In this document: positions 48,546-61,247 of the stretch, piece by piece
How positions within the stretch are numbered: position 1 is the stretch's first letter
Layout of the letters: every line of letters begins with the position of its first letter
Assembly (NCBI RefSeq): GCF_048593235.1
Contig: NC_133620.1
Location: forward strand, 355,289,261-355,353,260
Origin: Sminthopsis crassicaudata
Lineage: Eukaryota
DNA length: 64,000 nucleotides
Direction of reading: 5' to 3'
The notes under the pieces: model-generated
Told to the model about the DNA's origin: nothing
Seen by the model: only the letters and a program-made list of their open reading frames with translations
Databases searched by the model: none
Made by a program: the position numbers and the translations under genes

Positions 48546-49292
48546 GTGAGCACTGCGGGAGAGATGAACCATGAAGGGGGAGCTCAGGGAGGCTGTTCAG
48601 TCATTTCTGTCACGTCTGGCTCCTGACCCCTTTTGGGGTTTTCTTAGTAAAGGTACTGGAGTGATTTACCATTTCCTTCTCCAGCTCATTTTACAGATAG
48701 GGAAACTGTGGCAAACATTTTACTTTAAGTGACTTGCTCAGGATCACAAAGCTACTATGTACCTGAGGCTGGATTTGAACTCAGAGCCAGTGCTCTATTC
48801 ACTGCATTGCCTAATAGCCAGCAATGGTGTTGTCAAAGAATTTTGGCTTTTTTTCCCTTTAGATCCCGGTTTTGCTTCTTGTTTTCCCCAATAAGACTAA
48901 ACTCCTTGAGAGTTTTTTAACCTTTCTGTATAATCAGTCCCATCACTTAGCACTTTACCTGCCACACAGTAAATGCTTAATAAATACTAGTCGAGTTGAT
49001 TCTTTTCCCCCAGCTGATACTAACATTTTATGGACTCCTAGTGCCCTGACCCTGTCTAGTTGAGCCAAGATCTATTCAGAGATTTTAATGATGGTCCCTT
49101 TAGCCTCCAAGTCTTGGTCTACAGAATGGAGAGACCTCCCAGGCTCTGGGATGCTTCTCCAAGCTGATGAGCGATAGAATTTATATAGCCAGGGAGTTGC
49201 TGCTATTAGCTGAGGATGTTTTGGTGTGAGATGGGAAGCCTTTGGCAAAAGGACATCCTGGGCTGCTGACATCCGTCTCTTTCCTCGGTTAG

Positions 49293-49382
49293 GCCCTCAT
49301 GTCCTTGTTTGTGCTGGCCTCCAAGGATGGCTGGGTGGACATCATGTATGATGGGCTGGATGCAGTGGGAGTTGACCAGCAG
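49293..49382 (+). CDS. CACNA1G: Exon 24: domain III pore loop, [30 protein letters not shown]
   Basis: Acceptor cggttag|GCC, donor CAG|gtaggt; 90 nt, phase 0-0. Confidence 0.98.
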
Positions 49383-49573
49383 GTAGGTAGAGCAGGTCCA
49401 GATGGTTACTGGCTTTTCAAGTTTGCCCATGGTGGGGTCTGGGTCCCTTTGAATTCCAGGCTTAGTGAAACCAGAAGTAAGATTGGGAGAACGCAAGACT
49501 ACAGAGCCTAAGGTAATGAAGCTAATAAAAATGAGGCCCTTGTCTCTCTCTTTTTTTTTAATTAAGCAATTAG

Positions 49574-49796
49574 CTTACGTTTTGTTTTCGTTCTCATTTT
49601 TTTTTCCTTTTTTGATCTGATTTTTCTTGTGCAGAATATTTGTGGAAATATGTATTAAGAACCGCACATGTTTAACATATATTGGATTACTTGCCGTCTA
49701 GGGAAGAGGGTGGGGAGAAGAGAGGAGAAAATTTGTAACACAAAATAATCCATGCATATGTTTAAAAAAAAAAAAAAAGCTTTAATTAAAAAAAAA
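49574..49796 (+). mobile_element. Short L1 3'-end insertion in intron 24, sense orientation
   Basis: L1 3' UTR plus A-tail; TSD AAGCAATTAG at 49564-49573 and 49797-49806. Confidence 0.82.
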
Positions 49797-49935
49797 AAGC
49801 AATTAGTCTTAAGGGATTTAGTCATTGGTGCTACAAACCAGGAGTTTGAGGGTGGGGTGGAGGGACCCGGTCTCCCCCCAGAGTCTCGGGGCTCCTTCAG
49901 CTCAGAGATGGAGGCTGCGTATCTGTGCTCCCCAG

Positions 49936-50149
49936 CCCATCATGAACCACAATCCCTGGATGCTGCTGTATTTCATCTCCTTCCTGCTCATCGTGGCCTT
50001 CTTTGTGCTAAACATGTTCGTGGGGGTGGTGGTGGAGAACTTCCACAAGTGCCGGCAGCACCAGGAGGAAGAGGAGGCCCGTCGCCGGGAGGAAAAGCGG
50101 CTGCGGCGGATGGAGAAAAAGAGAAGGAGTAAGGAGAAGCAGATGGCTG
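49936..50149 (+). CDS. CACNA1G: Exon 25 (IIIS6 and III-IV linker) with two alternative donors: 50128 (short form) and 50149 (adds exon 25C, SKEKQMA)
   Basis: Acceptor ctccccag|CCC; donors AGGA|gtaagg and GCTG|gtcggt are 21 nt apart, both phase 1. Matches the known 25C choice. Confidence 0.96.
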
Positions 50150-50159
50150 GTCGGTAGTC

Positions 50160-50480
50160 TTTCCACATCTCTCTGAATCCTGCTTGACTCTGGCCGTGGC
50201 CTTAGTAACCCCCGGCGAGGCGGGGCGGGCCGCGGGGCCCTCCCCACCGCCTCGAGCATGTCCGCCTCCAGAACCCTGCATGACGGAGACTAGCGCAGCC
50301 CGCAGAGGGGACGCTGCCCCCAGGGGCCCCCTGCATGGTTTTAGCCTACGCCCTGCCCCATCCCCACGGACAGCACTTTAAACAAGGCCAGGGGAGACCT
50401 TCCCTCTCCCTCCCACCTCGCCCGCACTGTGGGCCGGAGCAAGATGCACCTGAGGTTCCCCGAGCCTGCCAGTGGATGCC
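50160..50480. promoter_or_regulatory. GC/CpG-rich intronic element just downstream of the exon 25 donors, with RBFOX motifs and an RE1-like site
   Basis: GCATG at 50256, TGCATG at 50277 and 50332; G-runs at about 50217-50238; CCACGGACAGCAC at 50364-50376. Confidence 0.5.
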
Positions 50481-53003
50481 CCAGCCTTGGCCCCCGGGTG
50501 GGAGACTGCGAAAGGGGGACAATTTAGGAAACAGGGGAGTTTGCCTCAGTCTGTCCAAGAGCTGAGGCTCCAGAGTGAGTCTCGGCACTGATGGGATGAG
50601 ACAGAGACCCAGACCCGCCCTCCTCTCCCTCCCCTTCTAAACTATCTGACTTCTTGACCGTTTCTTTTTTTTATCTTTTCAAGTTTTGGCCCTGGCACAG
50701 AGAAGACTTGGGTCAGAGGTCAGAGCGACTTTCCATATAGTCCATGGCCCATCGATCTCGGATTATTATTTCTTATTTCCTCTCCTGCGTCTCAGCCTTC
50801 TTTGTCTCATTCACCTCTCCTTATTTACGATCCTTCCTCCAAATACGCTGGTGTCTCTTATAATCCCTCCTCCCCGTCCCATCCTCCCTCCATCCCGGCT
50901 GAACATTCATGATCTCTGAGCACTAACCCCTTTCCCCTGCCCCTTTATACTCCGAAATGGCTTTCAGAGTATAGGGATTCATCTTCTAAATGAAGGGATC
51001 GCACTAAAATGATCTCTGAGGTGCCTTCCATCTCTGAAAAAAAATGACCTGAAGGGAAAGCCAGGCCTGTCTCTGTGCTTCTCGGCACCTCTATCCTTGC
51101 CTTTCCATTTCTGACTGCATGACTTTCTACCCCTGCTTGTATTTTTTCCCCTGTACTGGTCTTTCATCTCAATGAATCTGTCTTTCTAGGTAATGTCTCT
51201 TTCAGAATGTGTAAAAGTAGCCTGCTCATATTTATGCATTGTCCTGATTTCTCCCCCTTTTAATGTGTATGTCTCCCCCAGTATTTCTTTCTTTCTCCAT
51301 TTATGTCTCTCTGCAATACTTAACTCTGTCTCTGCTTGTGGGTATGTTTTTTTCTGTGTTATTCTCTCTCTGAACGTCCCTGCATCAGTGCATGTCTCTT
51401 TGTCACCACTGATATCTCCCTTCCTGATTCTTTTTTCCCCAGTCTGCTTTTATCTGTCTCTTCGTGTGCTTTTCTCTCTCTCTGCAGACAGATTTTCTTG
51501 ACCCTGTTTGACTGTCTACTCTGTATACATCCCATTTTCTGTCCCCCCAAATTAATAAGGGAATTGTACTTCTCAGAATTTTCCCTGTGATTTGTTGGAA
51601 TGTGAATTTTATAAGATGAGTTAAGGAATTCTGTGCCTCTGCTTTTTTAGTCCCATCTCTCCTCATCATGTCAGAGGAGCCAGGAGTAAGGGACCATAAT
51701 GTTGGGGACCAAAATAAAAGAATTGGGAAGATGGAGATGAAGACAGGTGCTATTGATTGGGCGAGTTAAAGAAATTCCATGAAAGCCTCCAGCCTCTGAC
51801 CAGTGCTAGCACTGGGGCAGAGATGGGAAATGAGGCTCCCTAAATAGCATCTCTGTATCACCTCTCCTTTCACCTCCTCGCAACCTTACTTAGCTGGACG
51901 GGCATGTTCAGTCTGGGTTCTCGGTGGAGATGTCTGAGGCCGGCTTGATGTGCTGTTCCCCCAGTGGCAATGTTCTCTCCTCCACCTTCCTCCTTGTTTC
52001 CCTCTGCTGATGAATTTCAGATTTAAATTTATTTTTCAGGATACATGTGTTGCCCCTATGCCAGCCTGGCAGAGCTGGGGATTGGTGGGCTCTATCTATT
52101 CAAAGACATAATAATTAATCTCACATGACTGAGATTTAGGAGCCTTGTTCTTACTCTTCCCCTCCTGAAGGCCTCATAGAGCTGTTCTGGAATGCCTTTG
52201 ATAGCTAGACAGAGCTGCTGCCCCTGTCACAGTGGTTCTGATAGTCTGCAAGTCATTGCTTCTCCTTAGGTATCTCTGATGACCCAGAAAATATGGCTGT
52301 TGTCACAGCACTGCTTCCTGCTGTTAGGGGAGCTCTTGCTCACTTGTGATTTAAAATTGTGGATGAAGGATGGGTTTGTAGAAATTGAGATCAGTTTCTA
52401 CTGATAATGAGGCTTGAAGTTAGTAGTTGGAGGGGGTCAGAGATTAAGAACTGGGGTCAACGCAAAAACCAAATACAGGAATTAGAGTCAGAATTAAGGT
52501 TAGGCGTTTGGGTCTGACAAAAAAAGGTTAAGATTAGGAATTGGGAGTAGGAATGAGGATTGAGATTAGGAGCTGGGGCAAGGGGGTGATATTTAAAGTT
52601 TAGAAATGTGGGGTTAGGGTGAAGATTAAAGATAAGAGTTGGGGTCAGAGGGGAATGTTGAGGTTGGAATTTGGGCCATTAGTGAATATTTTAAAAATGA
52701 GTTAGAATAACATGAAGGTTGAAGTTTGGAGCTGATGTCAAGAGGGAGTTTTGAAATTAGAATTGAAGTGAGAAGTGAGATTTGGAACTAGGGTTTGGTA
52801 GAAAAAGAGTGAAGGTGGGAGTTGAGATGAAGAATGAGGTGAAGATTAGAGTCAGGAGTGAAGAATGAAGGTAGAAATTGGGGTCAAAGATATCAAGATT
52901 TGGGTGTGGGGTGGTCAGTATTTCCAGGGCAAGAACTGCAGTTCTGTGCCCAACCCAGTGCCGCCAGGTCCATTCAGTGACCAATGTCGTTTCATTCTTT
53001 TAG

Positions 53004-53057
53004 ATCTAATGCTGGATGATGTAATAACCCCCGGCAGCTCTGCCAGCGCAGCACCAG
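53004..53057 (+). CDS. CACNA1G: Exon 26 (alternative cassette, III-IV linker), (D/N)LMLDDVITPGSSASAAP
   Basis: Acceptor attcttttag|AT, donor CAG|gtactg; 54 nt, phase 1-1. Matches the 18-aa alternative exon 26. Confidence 0.95.
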
Positions 53058-54384
53058 GTACTGCGGCTATTGGGTAGATGGTCCAAGGGGCATGGCCTGG
53101 GGGATATCACTGACCTCAGGCCCTGCCTGCTTCCCAGTTTCTGTGTCATTTGTACATGGATATGTCATTTGCTTCCTCTCCATGACACATCGATCTCATA
53201 CTTGTGGGGTAAGGGTTGGGGGTTGAAGGGTCCCCATGTACTACCCAAGAAGGCACCATTTGAAATCCTAGGTCTTATCCAACAGAGCTAATTGCCCAGT
53301 TGGGCAGGGCCTTAGGACTTAGGTGAGGCCATATCCCCAACCTCTGTCTTACACCTCTGAACTATCAACCTTCCTGGCAAAAACCGGGGAGATGTGGTCC
53401 AAGTCAGCCACAAGCTGGACCACTTCCCTGAATTTCTTGCTATCCTGTCCCCTTTCTTTCCCAACTCCTCCACTACCACCCTTGGCTTTTCAGCACAGTG
53501 GCAATTATTATAGCCGCAAATCTCTCTAGTCTCTTTTTGTCTGAAGAAGAGACTTTTTGGTCTGAGGGAGCATTATGAGAGGAGAGAGGATTTGTTTTTT
53601 AAAATATAATGATGAATAATTTAACAGACACATTAATAGTTAAGAAAATGCAATCTCTACATCAGGGCTACAAACAACGGAAATTAGCTCAAGACCTGAG
53701 TTAGCCAAGATCCTCTCCCCCCAAAAGCCAAAGATTTGGGAGAAAGTCTAAACCACTTGTTGGAGACTGTCTTTGGTCACAGACAATCTCCTCTCTCTAC
53801 CATTTGAGATATGGCTTCCCTTGATCTCCTCATCTCCAATACACCCATGAAGTCTCCCATGAAGTTTCAAGCAGCTCTGTACCAGCCCCTAACCCTGGCC
53901 ATATTCTCCTGTGTCACTGCACGCTCCTTCCCTGCACGGACTCACAAAGGACTCACTCCATGGGTATGTGGCTGTTGGGTCAGTGCCCCATACCAGGGGA
54001 AGGCTCTATGATAGCCCTAGTATTGGAACCACAAGAAATTAAGTCAAGGATCTATCTTGTCTGTTAAGACTCACTTATCAACCCAAAGTGGGATATCCCA
54101 AATGTCCATTTCACATATAGTATCTCAAAATCATCCCCTAACCTGCCCTAACTTCCCCATGATCTATGTTGTACATCCCATGGGGTGCTGGTGGTGACAT
54201 GTCCAGTATTGAGTAGAAGTCTCTCTGGAATCATCAGCTATATGTTGTGTCTAAGTCCCCTGGGTCCATATGTTATATTAGAATTCCAGATCCCTATTAT
54301 GCTGTGCTTGAGGAGAAGACATGGGCAGGAGGAATTCTATCTATGCTCTTTTGAATGATATAAACCCTGACACATGTATATTCT

Positions 54385-54590
54385 GTCTGTCTGTCTCTCC
54401 CCTTCCCTCCCTTCCCCCCTCTCTCCCTCCCTCCTTTCCTTCTCTCTTTGTCTCTGTCTCTATCTCTTCTTCCTTCCTCCCTCTTTTTCTCTCTCCCCTC
54501 TTTTCCTCCCTCCGCTTCTCTCTCCTTCCCCACTTTCTCCCTCTCTCCCTCCTTCCTTCCTTCTTCCTCTCTCTTTCTGTCTCTCATATA
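54385..54590. repeat. CT-rich low-complexity tract (similar tract at 4310-4470)
   Basis: Read directly. Confidence 0.9.
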
Positions 54591-57500
54591 TATAATTATA
54601 CATGAGCTCATACACATACTGTCATTCAGGTCTAAAATAGGGGCTTCCAATGGTCCTGTTGCTACCCAACACATAATCTTAGATACCCTGTTTCCCCGTC
54701 TACTTACCTTGTTTCCTGTTCTGGGCCTGCGGCCTTCTGTGATTCAAGTAGCTACATTATATATGATCCAAGCAGAGGGTCCAGACCAATGGACAATCCT
54801 CACCTTCCAGTCGAGTGTGATTGTTGGATGTCCAAAATTTATACTCCACCCAATCCCCACTTATATCCAGGTTTCCTCTTACTCAGAGGGAGTCTTAAGA
54901 GTGAGAGCATCAGGTCAGTCACTGTCTAGGGTGGTTTGAGGAACTGAATTCCTTCACAGGTACCAGCAGATGGGGAGAGGAGCAGGAAACAGTGACCCCA
55001 GGTTTTTGCTAAGCAGGTTTGGCTATAGATAATGAAGACTGAGTTCGGTTTGTAGGCAGTGAACCCCACAGCCATGAAGTGCCCTCTTCCTCCTTCCCAC
55101 CACATTCCCATCTCAAAAACCAGACCTGGTCAAAGGAGCTGAATGCATGACCCATCTCATGTTGGGGATTGGGTCATAAGTCCCTACCTCCCCACTTTCC
55201 ACCTGGTTCTGCCCTTTCACCTGGTCTGTGCCTGAAATCTACTCAACAGTAACTCCAACTAACCCACTTTGCCTGTTGCCCTCACCCTTGGTCCTGTGTC
55301 TTCCTCTCAGCCACCCAGCACTTGGGGTGTTGTGTAAGGAGGGACAGGAGTGGGAGATACCTTACTTCCCATCTTGTGAATTTGTCTGATACTTACTGAG
55401 CCTGCTATGACTCATGCAGCTGGAAGGGGGCAAGGGTACAAGGGAGAAAGGCATGGACCCCAGGATAATTTCCAGTCAACCAAGGACTTCCCCAATGACT
55501 TAAGTAAGAGTTTCCCCATACCTCTCCCTCCTTCCCCGCCCCCAATCTCCCTGGGCTGTTGTGGCTGAGACAGTAGCTTCCAAAGCAACTAAATTTGTGG
55601 CCCCCTGACAAGGTAATCTACATTTACACTAATCTGCATGCCAGGCATGTGGGGGATGTGTCACCCCCTGCTCCATGTAGCCAAGAGAATGCTAAGCAGG
55701 GTTGGATCGCCTCCTCGAGGGTTGCCCACAGGTGGATGCCCTTGAGGGTTTGTGTCTAAAAATGATCAAAAATATAAAATAAAACCCAACAGTGGTTTGG
55801 AGAGGGAGTGGGGAAAGGGATGGAGAGGAGGAAAATGACTGCACTGGGAGCCAGGGGAATGTCTTTTATTTCCAGTTCTCCCCCCTAGATAGATATGTAA
55901 CCCTGGAAAGATAATGTCAAATTCCCTGAGCCTCAGTTTCCTCCTCTATTAAATGAGTGGATCGTGTTAGACAATCTCTAAGGTTTCTTCCAGCTCTGAT
56001 GTTCTAGGTTTTGATGCCTCTGAAATACCAATGAAGGGTTTCTAGATGTTTCTCCATGTTATGGTGGGGGATGAGGAGGGGGACAGGGAGGGGGAGACAG
56101 GGGAGGCTGCCTTATGATTGCTTGGGATGGTTAGTGATCAACCCTGCTCTAGGCAGACAGCCCCTCTCCTGCTTAACCTTGCCTCCCTGGCCTTTTTTGG
56201 GGGTGGGGGAGAGTCTTGGAGGACTTGTCTGTCAGGAGCCCCTGACTGAATCCCACTGTGGCTATCACTCAGAGGGATAGAATGAGAACTGGGGCAGAGG
56301 TGGGGACCTCTCAATTTGGCCATCAAAATTGCACATAAATTAAGCCTATATAAATATTCAGTTTGGGGTAAAGGGATAAGGAAGGTGCCCTCCCTCCCTC
56401 CAGTTCCCTTCTGCATTGTCTCAACTAATAATGGGGCTAATAAGAAGACAGTGTTTCTAGCTTAATTGTATTCAAACATTTTGGTTAATTCCCCATTCAT
56501 ATTTTAACATAATGGGATCGGGCGCTCTCAGCTTTTATGGAGATTAATGTAGAGCCAGAGAAATCCCGCCTCTCGAGCTGCACAGCTCAGCTCCTTCCCA
56601 GCTTTTGCAGGGATGGAGGGAAGAATCCTCACTTGTCTCTAGTCAACTCTCTATTATCCTTCCAATGGAAGATCCAAGATTTTGTTGTTCTCAGCCCGGA
56701 CTGACCTTCCCCCCTTCTATCTCCCGCTAAACTGGCATCTTTCCTCAGGGAGATACTGTCTTGAGTCAACCGTCATTTAGAGGTTCAATCTTCAGTGCCT
56801 GGAAATAAAACAAAAATCATAATGTATTCCCAAATTGAAAAGACAAATGCTAGGATGCTTTGGTTTTGGGAGTGGGGGGAGGCAGATTATTATTCACATC
56901 ATTGTCTTTTCACATTAATATAGATAACTGAGAGTTGACTCTATGAGAACTGCTTGTTTTTTTGTTGCTGGGGTTTTTTCTCCTATAGAGAATTTCAAGT
57001 CCTGACTTTTTTTTCAATCTTCATCAGGGTCCCGCCTCCTTTGCTTTTCCTGCTTCAATCTATCCCTCTGTTAAATAACCAACACAAGGATGGGGTACTG
57101 AGCGTGAGCTGGTTTAGGGTCAAAACTTCTTATTAGAACCAGCCAGCCCCATTCTGGGGTGCAGTCCATGCTGCTGATGGGCTTGTGTCCTCCTAGGCCT
57201 CCCTGGGATGGGGGAGAAGGACTGTCTGAGATCCATGTCTGTTTGATGGAGCTGCCAGGGAGCCTGATCAGTCCCCAAAACACTTTCCCCCAAATGAAAG
57301 GAATGTCACTATTTTCTGCTCTCCCGAGAGCCACCCCAACCCTCCGTCTTTCTCTAGGCTGTATCTTGCTCCCTAGATTTGTCCTTAACGGCTCTAAGGG
57401 ACAGTAGTACTCCTGGGGCAGTGATTTTAATCATTGGCTGATCTGCTAATTACAAGAGTAATATTATGCTTCTGACAGATCTCAGACAGCCTCTTCCACT

Positions 57501-58333
57501 CCAATATGCATTATCATGCTGCCCTGAATTTACAGTCTCAGGCTGGGCATTTCCTCATTAGAGATTAGGTGAGCAAATTAGTTTATCTCCTCAAACATTC
57601 AGGATTCCAAGAGCTTATATCTAACATAAGAGCAGATCCTCTTCCTCCACCTCCACTCCAGGAACACATGGGCATCAGAGCGGGGTTTGTAGAGGGAAGG
57701 AACTTGGGAGGATGGGGCTGGTGTTGTCCCCCTCCCTGAGACCCAGTCCTGGAGATGTCCAAATTCTAATCTCTAATTTTAATTCCAAATCTTTAGCGCC
57801 ATTTAATCTTTTTTGTAGCACTCTTCCACCCCCACTGAGCTTCATATAATCCTTTTCTTTCCCCCTTTTCCTCTTTTTCTTCCTATTTTTGGATCTAGTT
57901 TTGTCTAAAGAGTGGAAAGGTGAAGGAGAGTAGAAAAAGTTTTCTTTTTCTTCTTGAGGGATAAATGCTCTTTGGACCCCAAATGTAAGGGGAGGAGGTT
58001 GTCTCACCTGTTCCCTAATCTGGATTAGGAGCTGTGCATGTTCAATGCCCTACCTTACCTGGAGAGGTATCAGTAGAAATGCTTAGACTAGAGAGAGCAA
58101 ATGCCTGTGATACCCTCTCCCAGCTCCAACTCCCCCCTCAAAACAATTTGCGCTTTTGGGGAGGGAGTAGGAAGAATGGAGGTGCTGATAGAAGCAGAAT
58201 GATCATCTCTGGTGTTGGGGCTGGTGGCTGTTTGGGGAGCCTGACTTGGGAAGGGCAGGGGAGATGGATGGGGCAGGGGAAGACTAATGATTTCTCTGTT
58301 CTCTGGCTCTGTCATTGGCTTCTCCCCCACCAG

Positions 58334-58485
58334 AAGCACAATGCAAACCTTACTATTCAGACTACTCAAGGTTCCGTCTCCTCGTCCACCACATGTGTAC
58401 TAGCCACTACTTGGATCTCTTCATCACCGGTGTCATTGGCCTGAACGTGGTTACTATGGCCATGGAACATTATCAGCAGCCTCAG
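58334..58485 (+). CDS. CACNA1G: Exon 27: III-IV linker end and IVS1, [51 protein letters not shown]
   Basis: Acceptor ccaccag|AA, donor CAG|gtaaga; 152 nt, phase 1-0. Confidence 0.98.
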
Positions 58486-59260
58486 GTAAGAACTCACCCT
58501 CCTGCTCATACACACAGCCTATTTCCCACCTCCCCACCCCCATCCCCTACATATTGGAAGGAACTTCCTCCTCCCTGTTGGTTAGTTTATCCATATGGAG
58601 AAACATCAGTGTACCATTGGGGGAGGGAGGGAAGGGATTCCCCTTCAAATTTTTGACAGATGGGATTTCTGAATCCCATTCAAAGTCATGATTCCAGTGT
58701 TAGAGAAAAATCATCAGGCTTTTTCAGTGTCTCATGGGTAGAGTGTTAGGCTTAGAGTCAAAAAGTCCCGAGTTCAAATTCTGCCTCAGATGCTTATTAG
58801 CTGTGTGACCCTGAGCAAGTCATTTAATGTGCCTCGGTTTCCCTATCTGTAAAATGAGATGATAATAATAGCACCTATTCCATAGGATTATTTGGAGAAC
58901 TAAATGAAATAATATATCCAAAATGCTACATATATGCTATTATTATTTTATTTAATGTTATTATTATTAGATTATTTGAATTTAGATTTGGATTAAAATT
59001 ATATCTCTACTGCTTAGAAATGGTGTGCCTTTGGAAAAGTTCCTCCCCTTCTCTGGATCTCAGTTTACCCATTTGTAAAGATAGGGAGTTATATTTGATG
59101 ATCTCCCAGGTCTCTTCCAATATTGTAGCTTCTAGCCACAGTTACCCAACATACCCTCTGTCCACCACATAGACCAACTAATTCTCTGCCACGGAGTCTC
59201 ATAAGGAAGGTGTTATCCCCTCTGGCTTCAGTGATGATGTCCCGCCTCTGTTCCCCCTAG

Positions 59261-59370
59261 ATCCTGGATGAGGCTTTGAAGATCTGTAACTACATTTTCA
59301 CCGTTATCTTTGTCTTGGAGTCTGTTTTCAAACTTGTGGCCTTTGGTTTCCGACGATTCTTCCAGGACAG
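59261..59370 (+). CDS. CACNA1G: Exon 28: IVS2, [37 protein letters not shown]
   Basis: Acceptor ccccctag|ATC, donor CAG|gtaatt; 110 nt, phase 0-2; missing from the ORF track. Confidence 0.97.
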
Positions 59371-60554
59371 GTAATTGAGAGTGGAACTACAAGGTGCCTT
59401 TGTTCCCCCTTGGACTAAATCTCCAGAAAATCCTTGCCATCCCCAAGCAGTCTTCTTGGGCAAATCTGGGGGATACTGGAGCTTCCCACTGCCTTTCTCT
59501 CACAATTATGGGAAGGGAAGGTGACCCAAGGGTTTCGAGAAGGTTCAGGATACAGTGCCAAACAGAGGTCTGGAGATATGGTGAGGAAGAAGGGAGATGG
59601 GGAGTGACGAGAGAGAAGACTCCTATGAAATGAAAAGGACCAAGAGAGATAAAAAGAGCTGGCTTCTGGTCTTTTTTGGTGTGAGGGATTGAGAGTCTCC
59701 GCTGGCCCTACCATAGTCAGATTCATCCAGGCAGCCAGGTGGATAGAGCTCTGGAGGTAAAGGAAAAAAGACCCATGAATTCAAATCTTGCTTCAGACAT
59801 TTATGAACCTGGGCATGTCATTAACTGCTTACCTGCCTCAGTTTCCCCATCTATAAAATAAGGATGATAATAGCACCTCCTAATGAGGATGGTAAAAACA
59901 CAACAACCAATAAGTTATTATGAGCATAAATGAGGAGATATTTATAAAATGTTTTACAACCACTATAAATATTATATATTATTAAGAGACAACCTGGTAT
60001 TACAGAAAGAGAAATCAGAAGATCTGGACTTCATATCCCACTTTTGAAATTTCATGTCTCTGTGACCCTCAACAAGTCACTCCTTTGTAAAATGGGGGAA
60101 GGATGGCCGAGATGTCCCTCTAATATCCCTACCAGCTTTTTAATCTATGCTTAAATGGATTCACAAGAACTGAAGGAAAGTCTGGATTTCTTTATGGGAA
60201 CAGTCCTGTATCCTAGTGAGATGAAACAAGAATCTGGTTAATAGTTGGCATTTGGGAGAGAGGAGAGTGGAAGCAATTATTGAGTATTAGAGATTGACAG
60301 ACCTGGGTGCTATTCCTAGATCCACCACTAACTAGGTTTTTGTGACCCTACATCAGTTTGTCCCCTTCCTCCTTTCCAAAATGTTGGATATCTTTAAAGT
60401 CTGTTCCAGCTCTATTCTTCAGGGTCCAAGAAAATGTCCTTATGCTTCTTGCCCCTCTATCCCAACAAACCCAGTGTTTCCACCTTCTGGGTTCCCTCGG
60501 CCCCTACCCCAGAATCCCTCCATCCCCCCAGGGAGACACGTTTCGGGTTTCCAG

Positions 60555-60688
60555 GTGGAACCAACTAGATCTGGCCATCGTACTGCTATCCATCATGGGG
60601 ATCACTCTGGAGGAGATCGAGGTCAACGCATCACTGCCCATCAACCCCACCATCATCCGCATTATGAGGGTGCTCCGGATCGCCCGTG
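60555..60688 (+). CDS. CACNA1G: Exon 29: IVS3-IVS4, [44 protein letters not shown]
   Basis: Acceptor tttccag|G, donor CGTG|gtcagt; 134 nt, phase 2-1. Confidence 0.97.
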
Positions 60689-61247
60689 GTCAGTGTCTGC
60701 CAGAGAGACTCACCCCAGCCACACCAGACACTCTTCATCCTGCCTTTGGAGAGTTAACAGCTGGGGGCAGGAAGGCTTATACCTTGGAGGTGGATTGGGA
60801 AATGAGATCCTCTCTGGGATAGAGTCCATTCTGCCCAACAAATGAACCCATTTTTCTTCTGTACAATATGAAACTGCTTTAAAAATATATCTATATAGAT
60901 AGGTAGATAGATATATAAACTGCTTGGAAGGAAGGGAATCTGGGCTGCTTTAGGACTCCTGGCCAGCTCCAAGTTAAATGTACTGTTTCTCAATTCATCC
61001 AATCTGACCTTTCCAAGCTCATTCATCTCTGCTGAGTAAAAAAGGTTGTTGGGTTCCTCAAAGTTCCCCATTGCCTTCTTCTCTACATGGTGGGTGGGAA
61101 AGTTGTTCTTGGCCCCTTCCCCACATACCTCCACTGGAGTTCCATCGGTCCTGCCCTTCAGCAATAGTCTGGGGCCTTGAGACCTCAGGTTGGGAATAGG
61201 GGAGAGAATGGCCTGTTCATCCTCATACCATTCCTTTGTTTTCTCAG

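Noticed and set aside
47596-48549. Long ORFs containing X runs (also 4022-4475 and 11206-11721)
   Set aside because: Read-through of assembly gaps.
51900-51909. p53 half-site GGGCATGTTC
   Set aside because: Single decamer with no adjacent second half-site.
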